From Nemertoderma westbladi (lineage: Eukaryota > Animalia > Xenacoelomorpha), in NCBI GenBank assembly GCA_032718475.1, contig JAUCBJ010002033.1:1-37274 (forward strand): a stretch of DNA of 37,274 bases. The letters are read 5' to 3'. Below, one piece after another: positions 1 to 12,339 of this stretch (position 1 is its first letter; each line of letters starts with the position of its first letter). A program made the translations under genes and the position numbers. The notes beneath the pieces were generated by a model. It made no database searches, had not been told where the DNA came from, and saw only the letters and a program-made list of their open reading frames with translations.

Positions 1-1894
1 ACTTCTCTGACAATGATAATATTATATATTAAATGTAGAATAATGTAGAATATAAATATATATATAGAGCATTATTAAATGTACCGGTAGAATAAATAAC
101 ACCGGATTGAATGATATTAAAGACAGAAATTTATTACCTACAGTCAGACAGTAGAATAATGCAAACTAATGTTCTGTAACCTATCTTCTTTTGAACGTAA
201 TGTACCGGTATGAAGGACATCTACTCACTCTATTCCTTCACAGTGTAAGTACAGTATTACAGAATGTTAAGGATAATGGCGCCCCATGGTATAGTAAGTA
301 ACCAACACATAGGGTACATATGACAGATAGACTTATCTTCCGTCTGGGTGGCGATGCAGCAATGGTATTGAATGTTTACAAAAAAATTATTAACAAGGAA
401 CAGAATTACAGATTACATATGTGGCCAAAAGATTGTACTTGGGAATAAAGTGCAGGAAGAGAATTTTAGTTGATAACAGAACAAGTTGCCAACCAGTGAG
501 TGCTGTTAGTAGTAGTGTGGGTAGCTGCAGTTGAAAGAGCTGGGAAATGTTTCCTAGACAACCAGTGACATCACCAGTTTACTGGCCAAGGAATGGACAC
601 GGATATGTGACGTACCACAGGCTCCCTTCCTTTTCTTGTTCTAGCCAATACAATTAATAGAACCACCAGACAGGTTATAAATAGTGATAGGGAACCAATT
701 ATTGATAATGATATATAAACAGCATTATCAGTCTATCTATTATGTTCTACGAAAGCCAAAAGTCAGATTTCACAAAAAAAGATTAACATAATTTTGTAAA
801 TTTTCATAGATGTTGTGTTTGCTGCATGAGTCCAATAGATTGAATGTTAATAAATTATTGCTGTAACATACCTCCCAATAGTGGAGTAGGCCGGTGACAT
901 TATTAAGTACCGGTAGTGAGCGAAAAAGGAGCGAAATGTTGAAACTAGTTCCTCGCCCTGAGCCCTGTCGTATGCATAATCAATAGAAAGACAAGAGATC
1001 TTTAGATGCCGCTATATAAGTAGATTATTGCCAAATATTTCAACCCAAAATTGCAGTTACAATTTAACCGTGTTGCTATGCTTGATATATTCGTCAAGCG
1101 TTCAGGCTGTTGTAACTTCCACACTTTTACTAACAAACAATTTGTACAATTCCCGAAATCTTCACTCATATGGCCAGTAACATCAAAATATCAATGAAAC
1201 TTGCGCGGTGTATGACCCAACCAAAGGAAATCTGATAAATATTGGCAGTATATAATAGGCCACAGTTTATAAGGCGATTGATTCTCGCAATATAATTCCA
1301 CAGGCGTTCATGATTAACGTACCGGTATATATTACTGTTATTACCGGATCGTGGCTGCATAATAATATAGCGCATCCACACCAATGTGATTGAACCAGAA
1401 CTGATACTTAACCCTCTATCACTTACCACAATTGATACAAATAACAATAACAATCAGTTCGGTAATTCCACTATTAATGGGTCTGCATATCTATCTATGA
1501 ACATATATATACAGTATATATATATATATCAGTCCGGTAAATATCAGTCTATCAACAGTCAGCAGTCAGCTGTAACTGTACTCTGGTCAGGAAACTGATT
1601 ATAATTCTTGGCGTTCTGCAGTTCTGCCTTGTGACAGGATCAGGGGTCAGAGTAAAACGCGGATCCGGATTCTATCATTTAACATTGTCCCTATGGAAGT
1701 CGACTGAATTTACATTTTTAGGGTGTAATCTGCGGATCCGTGCACTGCTAAATTTACCGAATCCGTAACCGAGTGTAAAATGCGGATTGGCCTTTTTACA
1801 GATCCGGGACGGAGTGTAAAGCGCGGATTCATGTTTTAGGCTAAATCCTGAACGGAGTTTAAAACGCGGATTCATATTTCTACTGAATCCGGGA

Positions 1895-2594
1895 CTGGGT
1901 GTAAAATCCGGATTCAGGTTTATTACAAAGTTTTATTGGATCCGAGAAGGGGAGTAAAACGCGGATTCTAGTTAATTACAAAATTTTATTGGATCCGAGA
2001 AGGGGTGTAAAACGCGGATTCTAGTTAATTACAAAGTTTTATTGGATCCGGAATGGAGTGTAAAACATGGATTTCGTTAATTACCAAGTTTTATTGGATC
2101 CGGAATGGAGTGTAAAACACGGATTTACGTTAATTACCAAGTTTTATTGGATCCGGAACGGAGTGTAAAACACGGATTTACGTCAATTACCAAGTTTTAT
2201 TGGATCCGGAATGGAGTGTAAAACACGGATTTACGTTAATTACCAAGTTTTATTGGATCCGGAATGGAGTGTAAAACACAGATTTACGTTAATTACCAAG
2301 TTTTATTGGATCCGGAAATCCGTGTTTTACACTCCATTCCGGATCCAACAAAACTTGGTAATTAACGAAATCCGTGTTTTACACTCCATTCCGGATCCAA
2401 CAAAACTTGGTAATTAGCGAAAATCCGTGTTTTACACTCCATTCCGGATCCAATAATACTTGGTAATTAAACGTAAATCCGTGTTTTACACTCCATTCCG
2501 GATCCATTAAAACTTGGTAATTAACGTAAATCCGTATTTTACACTCCATTCTGGATTCACAAAATATATGAATCCGCGTTTTACACTGCAATAC
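1895..2594. repeat. About 53-bp tandem repeat array that switches orientation near 2316
   Basis: TGTAAAACACGGATTTACGTTAATTACCAAGTTTTATTGGATCCGGAATGGAG starts at 2111, 2164 and 2217 (53 bp period). Reverse-complement copies follow after about 2316. Confidence 0.9.
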
Positions 2595-2795
2595 ATAGGA
2601 CACAACTCAGTTACTTGTCACTGCTATTGCCTACTGCTTACAGTAAGTACACTGCTTACTGACTGCCAGACTGCTCGGCGCCGCTATCTCAACAATCGGA
2701 AATTACAACTCTAAAGTCGATCAATAACGGAGACATCAGCGTTTCTCTTTTTTACAATCGATTAAGGTTAAAGGCGGCGAAACTACAATTCGCTA

Positions 2796-5700
2796 ATGGT
2801 CGTCAATATTAATAAACGGCATACCACTGTGGGCCGGAAGGCAACGAAGAAAATCGACTCGATAGTCGCTCCGACGATGAAGTTTAGCATTGCGGATACC
2901 GGGGAGAAACATAAAACCAACTCGGAGCCAAAAAACGCTCGGACGATACAATGCTGCAGATGTAATCGCGCCGGGATATGTAAATCCTGTGTTTGCGCGA
3001 AGCGTGGCGATGTATGTCAAGGCTGTATCCCAGCGAAACTAGGAAAGTGCAATAACTCGTTTAAACCCGTAAAAATCCCGACCAACGGTAAAAGTCCCCT
3101 GTCTCCAATGCGTCCAGAAGTGGATCCCCCGTCTCCAACGCGTTCAGAAGTGGAACCCCGTCTCCAACGCGTTCAGAAGTGGATCCCCCGTCTCCAATGC
3201 GTTCAGAAGTGGATCGCACGTCTCCAGCGTGTACTGATGTGGATCCTCCATCTCCAACGCGTTCAGATGTGGATCCCCTGTCTCCAGCGCATTCTGATGT
3301 GGATCCTTCATCTCCAACGCGTTCAGATGTGGATCCCCTGTCTCCAACGCGTTCAGAAATGAATCCCCTGTCACCAACGAGTTCAGTAGTGGATTCCCCG
3401 TCCCCAATACGTTCAGAAGTGGATCCCCCGTCTCAAGTGCATTCAGATGTGGATTCCCTGTCTCCAACACACTCAGAAGTGGATCCCCCGTCTTCAACGC
3501 GTTCAGAAGTAGATCCCCTGTCTCCAACGCTTCCAGAAGTGGATCTCCCGTCTCCAACGCGATCAGAAGGGGATCCCCTGTCCCCAATGCGTTCAGAAGT
3601 GGGTCCCCCATCACCAACGCGCTCTGATGTGAACCCCCCATCTCCAACACGCTCAGAAATGGATTCCCCGTCTCCAACGCGTTCAGAAGTGGATCCCGCG
3701 TCTCCAACGCGATCAGAAGGCGATCCCCCGTCTCCAATGCGTTCAGAAGTGGATCCCTCATCACCAACGCGTTCTGATGTGAATCCCCCGTCTCCAACGC
3801 GTTCAGAAATGGATCCCCCTCCTCCAACGTGTTCAGTGGTCGACACTTCACCTTCTGCGGATTCGGTGACCAATCCTTCACCTTCAGCGGTTTCGGTGTT
3901 TGATCCTTCGTCTTCTTCGGGTTCAGTGGTCGACGCTTTGCCTGCTGCGAACTCGGTGGTTGCTCCCTCAACTCCAGTGTCCCCAGTAGGGGAGATGAAT
4001 GAAGTTGGTAGTGTAAATTTAATTTCTGTAAATAATAACTTTTCTACACAATATAACTCAGAGGGGGTTGAGTTAGGTGATAACACAAATAATAAATTCT
4101 ACATACTAACCATAAATAATGGTATCATATCAGCTGATCACCGTTCATGTAGTGATAAATATGACATATTGGTCGAAGAATGTCCATCATGTATTAATTT
4201 GGAGGATGATAACATTAATACGATAATTTATAAGTCCGTGGATAAAGTGGATATAAATCCAGATAGCAATCAGCAGCTTTCTGGATCTCGTGGTTTGATT
4301 ACTACACCATGCACTCAGACGAAAATTTCGGATTTCTATAAGTCTCCAGCTGATGTAGCTGTTAATAAATGTGTAGTTACCTCACGTGTATCAAACCCCA
4401 ACTGGAAAACACCGTCAACTGATGTTATTGAGATAGAAGTATATCCCAATGAGCCACGTTTAGCTAACGTTGATCAGCATCTGGAGATCATCACGTATCT
4501 CAAAGGTTTGTCTACTGCCACACCAGGTAGAGTTATTCCTACCCCGGGTTTATTGCGGACTCTCTGTGGTACTGAGTGGCTGAATGATGAAATTATAGAT
4601 GGTTTTCTAGGTTTGCTGGAATGTCAACGTCCACACACTGCTGCTATTCCATTTCAACTCACTCAGAAAATACATTTAGGAAATCTCAGCGCCATTATGT
4701 ACATTGCACCAAGATACATTGGTCGCCATCTTGAAATCCCACCTACCATTTTGTTCTTTCCAGAATGTTTGAACCATCATTTCATTTTACATGTTGCTGA
4801 TGTCCCAAACAAACAGATATATGTTCTTGACTCATTGAATTCATCTATGCCAACCAAAACCACGTTTGGGTTGATAAAAATCCTTAATAAGATAGATGAA
4901 TTAAATCCCTGGGATTCCTCCTGTCGCCCTAAACATGAATGGACTGTTTCCACGAAATACACTGACTGGCCAAAGCAGCATAATGGCTACGATTGTGGCG
5001 TTTTCCTCTGTCTTTATGCGACTGCTGTGACACAAAATATTTCAAAACTTACGGATATTGTGTATGATAGTTTAAGTTCGAGGGATTGGCTGTACAAATG
5101 TCTTGATCAGTACAAGTTGGCCTCGCATGGACACAAAGACATCACAATAGACACCGATAATCTTACACTTCAACAGCCTACAATACTCTTGCCTCCTGAA
5201 CCTATAGAGAGAGATGAAGACAACAGTAACAATATGTGGGCAGAAGCTGACAAGATCAAAACATCCAATGATTTCATTCAGTTTGTTAAATAGAATCATC
5301 TAATACAAAATCCCCACGATACCTTTGCAAAGTCTTTGACAGCACTCAACTTTGATAAACCAGCCGAGCTGCAAAAGATTCTCTTTGACGACATCAAAAA
5401 TCAAATATTGGGAAAAACTATGGGGGTAACTATGTCAACAATCAAACGACGCAATAAAGATGAGCAAGCCCTTGACTTGGTGAATTTGCCCTGGTCTACG
5501 AAAGTAAAACAATTTCTACATCTTTCAGGAAGCGTGTCAATGTTGGAAACATAGACTCATATGGTTTTTTGCAGCTGCTGGATTTAGTAACTAACCTACA
5601 GATCCAGGTCAAATCAATCCATGGGGAATGCGACAGTCTAAAGCTGAAAGTTGCTACACTTGAGGAGAAACTAGTTAATACTTCGACATGTGAGGTGAAT

Positions 5701-7033
5701 CCACTTGCAACCGCTACTCTGGAAGGATCAACAATCTCATGTGATACCAGAGAAGCAGACAGTCATGACTGTGGCGTGTCATGACAAGGATCATTTTATA
5801 ATCCAAAGAACTCACAACAACAAAAAATCACCAAAGAAATCAACTCATAAACAGAAGAAAACAAGAGAAAACCTCCAACAAAATTCCAGACAAAAGGCAC
5901 ACTTCCATCATAGCATTGAACAGCAAATAGAACCAGTGGAAAATCTACAAGAAAACACTGGTGAGAATGCCGCAAACCCCGCCATCACAAATCCAAGCTC
6001 TGTGCATGTAATTCTTAACAGCAGAGAAACATGGCAATTACCAAAGAAAACAGCTAACTTCTTCGGTACATCTAAAGAAGCTCTCTCTACTGGCATTAAA
6101 ACTGACAATAGATACAGTATCCTAGATAGTGAAACTCAAATTGGAATCCTTATAAATCAACAAAATGACTTGTTACGAGAGATATGGAATATGTCAGCTG
6201 AAAAACGAAAAACTGCAACTCCAACACACTTGAATCAGAATGAAACAACCACAATTGTAATCATGGGCCTACCTCAACAAATATCTAAGTCGACTATACT
6301 AGATGTCTGTTTCAAGCAAACTGGTAACTACCCAATAAGTGCAAGAATAATTAGTCAAACGAGTAAGACAACAACAGCAGAGATTACAATCAACAAGATG
6401 GAGACAGGTACTTACCTTCAAAAATCAATCTGGCCTGGAGACAATGTAGAGGTCTGTCTAAAGAATTTTATGGCAACCACTACACTTAATGGACAGCTGG
6501 TCCCAACTTCTGCAAATTCAGACCAGGGGAGTCAGAAGAAAAAGAAAGAATCAATAGATGTGTATGAAATAGCAAACAAAAGGCATACAGAACTGCACCA
6601 AAATCATTCTAACTTCTCAGTTTCTTTGAAAAATAATACTAGAAACCGGAGTCATTCCTATAAGCATAAAACACAAACTTATGCTGAATCATTCCCATTT
6701 CGATGTCTAACAATGGAACGTGGTAATTGGCAACCACATACAACACAAAATATTAGACCCCGAAGTCAACAACAATTTTGCCAGACAATGGTAAACCAAC
6801 CAGCACTGAATAATAGTAAAAATCAGTTTTACTCCAGAGAGAAAGCCTTCGATGAACAACGCTATCAAGCATACATTCAGAGTCTGGTCAATGACTGTTC
6901 TCCTCTGAGATCCATTCAATGTAAAGCAAGGGAGCTGCCAAAATGTCAAGTATACTCCAAAGAGAGAAATGCCTTAAATGAAAAGCAGCAGTATCAGGCT
7001 TACGTCAACAGCCTGGTGAGAAGCTGTTTTTAA
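2796..7033 (+). pseudogene. LINE ORF1 (about 1400 codons when repaired): Cys cluster, SP-rich repeats, Ulp1/C48 protease, coiled coil, possible RRM-like region
   Basis: ORF pieces 2796, 3179, 5336, 5569 and 5705 join through a 1-nt-short repeat unit (3152-3180), an in-frame TAG (5291-5293) and inferred shifts near 5480 and 5780. Motifs: CCRCNRAGICKSCVCAKRGDVCQGC; WLNDEIID, HHFIL, YVLDSL, QHNGYDCGVF; heptad-like LVTNLQIQVKSIHGECDSLKLKVATLEEKL; TIVIMGLP...IWP. Confidence 0.75.
3092..3840 (+). repeat. 30-bp coding minisatellite (about 25 copies) encoding DPPSPTRSEV-type decapeptides
   Basis: GGATCCCCCGTCTCCAACGCGTTCAGAAGT recurs with a 30 bp period; degenerate copies continue to about 3990. Confidence 0.95.
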
Positions 7034-7034
7034 T

Positions 7035-10000
7035 ATGAATGAAACCACTTTTAATATAGACAAACGAAGTAGAATCGAACAGAATATTCCGAATAAATGT
7101 TATAATGTGGCCGAAAATGGACACAACAGTAAACAATATAGTAAAATAAGTGACTTAAAAATTATGTCCTACAACTGCACAGGCTATAAAAGAAGTAGGG
7201 AATATATACTTCATATATTGGCGACTGAACAACCCGAGTTCTTGGTGTTGCAGGAGCACTGGCTAAGCCCACGAGAAGCAAAACACTACTTCTCATCTAA
7301 CCAACTACCTAAAGGATACTCCTGTTTATACACTGTGTCTGACCAAATGCTGCAACCAAAACAGCGAGTCCGTGGGGAAGGTGGAGTTGCTGTGTTAATT
7401 AAAAACCATATCAAATACTACTGCTCGAGAATAGAAACGAAAAGTGATAGAATACTGGGGCTTACAGTAAAAAACGTATATGATAAAGTTATAACACTGT
7501 TCGCTCTCTACATGCCGGCCAACTGTGGTAAAAAACAAGATAGAGAAGACTTCATACGCACCACTTCATCTCTGCATAATATGATTGAAGAGCATGATGG
7601 CAAAAGCCAGATCTTAATAGCTGGTGACATTAACTGCAACCTCATGAAAAGCAATCTTTTCAACCACAGAGCCATGGCAAGTTCCAGGAAATCTTCTCAG
7701 ATAACATATTAACTCCTTACGAACTGACAGTACTTGACAGCTCGGAACGAAAGGAAGAAGCTGTAACATATCGTTTTCGTGATAAATCTGGAAGAGTTAT
7801 ACATTCGTCCAGGATTGACTACATCGCAACCTCTCTTACTATTGCCCAATAAAACAATGATTGTAGAATTATAGCCGAGAATGATATGAATAAATCGCAT
7901 CATGTACCGATTTGTGCATCCTTCTCTATGCCATTGCAAAATCTCGAATCAAAATGGTCTACTGCTTGGAAGAGGAGGAGACAACCTCATTTCATGTTTA
8001 AATCAGCAAGTGACAAACAACTAAGAATGTATAAGACTCAAATAATAGAAGATATGAATATTTTAGATCTAGCATCTACACCAACAGAGCCAGGTATACT
8101 TGCATTTGAATTTCTCAAAATCGTATACAATGCAGCCCGTCGACACATCCCCATCATTTATCCACAGAAGCATAACTTCCTCCATAAACACGATATAAAC
8201 AAAATGGCATTTCAGCAGGCAGATATGAAACGTTTCAAATTCCTAAGAAATAAAGCAACAAATAAAGAAGCTGCACCATTAGAAAAGGTAGAACTACGCA
8301 GAGTAAAAGCTCACATAGAAAATCAACCATATCATGAACACATTAATGATTTACTAAATACTTGTAAATCTGACCGTACAAAGTTCTGGAAACTTACTAG
8401 AAATGAGCAACAGAAGAGTGTCCCAGATGTTAACTCAGACAATTTAGTCAAATATTACAAAAAAGCCTTTGCTAATCCGGATACTGTAGATTGGATTCCT
8501 AAAGAAGCTACAATTACCTCTGCTAACAAATACCCCATGAAAACACCACGGGAAAGCAGCTGACGTCCATGGCATAGTGTCTGAACACCTCCAGTATGGT
8601 ATTTCAGATAGCATGTGCTATAATTTGGCAGTTCTATATAACAGAATACACAAAACGTCGAACTTTCCAGATAACATGGCTAAAACCCTTATTCTACCCC
8701 AACTGAAATCAGCATGCCGTGACATCCATGATAATGGAAGTTACAGAGTGATATCTGTAGCCCCCATTATCACGAAACTCTGGGAAATTATTGCAGTCGA
8801 TGAAATAAAGAAAATTAGAACCAATGACCTACAGATGGGTTATAATTCTGGTTATGGAACAGATGTTTCATACTTAATGGCAATCAAAATTATCAAACAC
8901 TTTAATGCGCAAGGCTCAAATGTCTACATGGTGTCTCTTGATCTTACCGCTGCCTTTGACACTGTGTCATATAAAACTTTATTTGATAAATTAGAAGACA
9001 CAGACATAAACAAGTCCCTTCTGTTTTCGTTGGTATCATATTATAGGAAGTCGCATGGATATATAGCTATGAATGGAAAATAACTAGAAGTCCAATAAAA
9101 CTTGAATGTGGTGTTAGGCAAGGTGGTGTCCTTTCTGCACTAATTTTCAACATCTACCTCTCGGAGTTGTTCGAAGAACTAGAAAAATCAGGCTACGGGC
9201 TTTACCTTAATAAATCTGCCTTTCCTGGATTATCTTACGCTGATGATATTTTATTGCTTGCTAATTTAAAGGGACATATACAATCATTATTATTGATATG
9301 CGAAGAATATTTTATAAAACATAATCTACGTCTGAATCGGAAAAAGACATGGTATGTCGTGAGCCCAGCAACGCAAAGAGATAGAGCTGACATTAACCTT
9401 GGGAGCAATATCAGTGACAATGTTCATTTAAAGGATGGTACCAGACTTACGAGAACCCAATTCTGTACCTTCCTTGGTCTGCCACTGCCAGCTGTGGAAT
9501 GGAAATTGAAAGACCATTTTATCCAGAGAATATGGTCTAATGTAAACAAACTACAATCTAGAGGATTTGGACCGGACTGTGTACCTCTCTATATAACCAG
9601 GCTAATCTGGAAGACAGTGTGTACACCATCTGCTCTATACGGCTCAGCAATAATTCCAGCATCAATGATCGGCGATCTGTCAACAGTCTGGCATAAGGCA
9701 CTACGATGCATCCTCGCGGTTGGCAACTACGTATCTATCCAGTCTCTATATAGCGTCTTTGGAATGATTGAATTTGAGGATATGCAAAGGAGCTCACAAC
9801 TACGCGCACTACACAATGCCTTTAATTGTGACAACAACAAAATATCATTTTTATTCTCATATATTTTTACACGCCATCTAGCAGGAGTGGTACATGAACC
9901 AATTTTCGATGACTACAGAATAAGCTCTTTCTACCTGGGCTCTCCGTCCCTCGAAAGTCTTGTAACCCAACGGTATGATGTGAAACAAATATGTAAACGA

Positions 10001-10162
10001 TCGAGACAAGAATTTGCCAATGCAACCTTCCGTACACAATTTGATACCTTCTATATATGGTCAATTTTAGATAAGCCTAATATATCATATACTCTTAAAC
10101 ACCAATGTATCCATGATTATTTTAGTCGTACTTGGGTGCAGTTGGATCAATATAATTTTTAA
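7035..10162 (+). pseudogene. LINE ORF2: apurinic-like endonuclease plus reverse transcriptase, about 3 frameshifts and 1 stop
   Basis: APE motifs IMSYNCTG, LVLQEHW, GEGGVAVL, IAGDIN, SRIDYI, SHHVPI. RT motifs SYRVIS, SLDLTAAFDTV, GVRQGGVLS (about 9110-9135, upstream in frame with ORF 9167), YADD and FLG. Shifts near 7680, 8550 and 9080; stop near 7850. Confidence 0.92.
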
Positions 10163-11664
10163 AATTTTTAAAACATATCTCCTATGCACCGATGATAGCT
10201 TTTGTGTGTAAAAGCATATACTGTATAACCATTTTATTCTAATTTAAATCTTAATTTCGTTCTTATACAATAATATGTGTATAATAATTTTAATCATGTG
10301 CAGTTACAATATTATTGTCCGACCATTTTAATTAAAGCCGCCGGGGCCTTGTACCAGATTGAATAATAATAATACGGATTGCGTATTTCAGAATCCGCAT
10401 ATTACACTCAGTTACGGATTGTATGTAAATCCGGATCCACCTTTTACACTCGCAAATCCGGGTCCTGATCCGTATCCAGACCCTGAATCCGGATCCGCGT
10501 TTTACACCTACCCCGGGATCAGGGATCCCGACCGGGTAATTGTAGTACGCATCACCATTCTGCTTGGCGATGGTGCTAACAGCTTTGGCTGAGGCCGTTG
10601 GGGAAAAAACAATAGAGTTACTGTTGTCTCTCGATGTTAGAAAAATGTCCGATGATAGCACACTGAATAACAGCAGAAATACAGATAAACTGGTTACCGG
10701 TATGATAGTGCCGATGACGGTCAATAATTATTACCAGTCTGCACCAAACTGAATAACACAACTGATATATCAATCCAACAATCTGATAATATATAACTGA
10801 TACACTGAATATTGCTTCACTTCCTACTCTACTTTGGCCTCCTACCCAATGGATGCTTTTCTGTTCCCTATCACGTGCTTCCCTCCCCTCTATTGGCTAA
10901 TATACTACTTGTCACCTTGGCACTCTCTGGGAGTGTTTCCCCTCCCCTGCTAGCCTCTACTAGCTGTATTCCCTCCAAGGTGGTTTGACCTCTAACCTTC
11001 CTTTCTGTGTGGCTTCGGGGCTTGTGTTGCCCCCCCCCCCCCCCCCCCCCCCAATGTTGGTTATGATACGAGATTGATATTGGTAGTCTCGTATCTCCAA
11101 CATATTGCTGAAAAATGCCACTAGCCCATTTTCTGGTGGGTAATGAAGTCGAATTGAATCCGCTTACACTCCCCCCCATGCTATGTTCCTGATGAGAAGA
11201 TAGCATCAACCTCAAGTGCGCTTCAATTCCGCTGGAACCCAATCTACTATCAGGTGTGGGGTGGAGTCCTTTTCTCTGGGTCGGCTTTCCAGGCCGCCCA
11301 CCCTGGGCATGTTGTTGCTACCCCTCCTTGGTGCAATCGTGAGCTATGTTACACCAAGGTATCTGACATCTCCGTTTGAGACAATTGTGGACCCTCTTTC
11401 CACACAGTTTTGTACCACTTCGCTCTGAACTCACTCTAACCTCACTCTGCTCGCTCCCCACGCTTGAATTGCACTCCTCTCACTCCCTCATTGTGTCAAC
11501 ACCTCCTCTCCATGCTTCCCCCCGATTCCCCATTCTTGTTTTCATTCTCCATACACTTATTGGGTCCCACACATATGCACATCATGTTAGTGGGATCCGT
11601 CTAAGTCTCGTCCTGCCATTCTAGTCAATTAGTCCCCAGTCCCAGTAGCTAATTGGAAAAAAGT

Positions 11665-12339
11665 TGTACTTGACTACGGTGCATATTATACCTCCCTTCC
11701 TTCTTTCGTGCCAATATCCCCTTTATTATATTAACTTTATTTTTAGATTTTGTTTTATCTATATTTCCCCCTTTTCTGTGCTATTATCGTACCTACCTTT
11801 CTACTTGCTTCTTACTATGTACTTACTATGTATACTTTCTCCTTACTATGTATATTACTGCCACTATGGTATGATATACCATATTCTCTACTCTCTTACT
11901 GCTAACTCTACTAACTCCACTAACTCTACTGGCTCTACTAACACTAACGGTACTATGTACCCTCCTACTCACGTGGTATGTTTATATACCACACTCCCTA
12001 TACCTCTAACTCTAACGGTACTATGTACCCTCCTACTCGCGTGGTATGTTTATATACCACACTCCCTATACTTCTAACTCTAACGGTACTACGTACCCTC
12101 CTACTCCCGTGGTATGTTCGTATACCACACTCCCTATACTTCTAACTCTAACGGTACTACGTACCCTCCTACTCCCGTGGTATGTTCATATACCACACTC
12201 CCTATACTTCTAACTCTAACGGTACTACGTACTATCTACTACTATCACTTTCTAACTTTCTACTTTCTCACTTCTTAATTTTATTATTTATTATTTTATT
12301 TTTTTTATATTTGTGTGTGGGAAGGGTGTCTCGCCCTCA
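11665..12339 (-). repeat. Putative 3' LTR (about 675 bp, TG...CA)
   Basis: Minus-strand polypurine tract GAGGGGGGTGGGAA (12340-12353) is followed directly by TG at 12339. AATAAA lies on the minus strand at 11722-11727 and a candidate end GTACA at 11665. The distal end is inferred because no second LTR is present. Confidence 0.55.
11944..12232. repeat. 68-bp tandem repeat, about 4.3 copies, inside the putative LTR
   Basis: CTAACGGTACTA at 11944, 12012, 12080, 12148 and 12216; each unit contains the hairpin GTGGTAT-N6-ATACCAC. Confidence 0.93.

Larger units (their letters stand above)
2595..10375 (+). mobile_element. Apparently full-length non-LTR retrotransposon (APE + RT LINE; RTEX/Proto2-like by motif impression, clade uncertain), degenerate
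   Basis: ORF1 and ORF2 in tandem, AT-rich 3' UTR and (AAT)n tail at 10362-10373. AATAC occurs at both ends (2590-2594, 10371-10375). Removing the element restores the host repeat spacing TTTACACT-N6-CGGAT. Confidence 0.9.
1638..10520. mobile_element. Palindromic foldback/MITE-like non-autonomous element, right arm interrupted by the LINE at 2595-10375
   Basis: Left end GATCAGGGGTCAGAGTAAAACGCGGATCCGGATTC (1638-) matches the reverse complement of 10486-10520. Repeats run forward to about 2315 and inverted from about 2316 to 2594. The inverted arm resumes after the LINE (10392 AATCCGCATATTACACTCAGTTACGGATT mirrors about 1760-1788). No TSD or transposase seen. Confidence 0.75.

Noticed and set aside
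1-1630. Possible exons of a host gene
   Set aside because: No recognisable protein similarity or convincing splice-bounded frame.
1895-2594. CRISPR-like regular repeats
   Set aside because: Units are contiguous without unique spacers, there are no cas genes, and the context is eukaryotic.
3144-4086. Minus-strand ORFs of 275 and 217 aa
   Set aside because: Shadows of the 30-bp coding repeat.
10184-10226. Hammerhead-like CCGATGA plus hairpin GCTTTT-N6-AAAAGC in the LINE 3' UTR
   Set aside because: The core has C in place of U and there is no GAAA box; at most a 3' UTR stem-loop.
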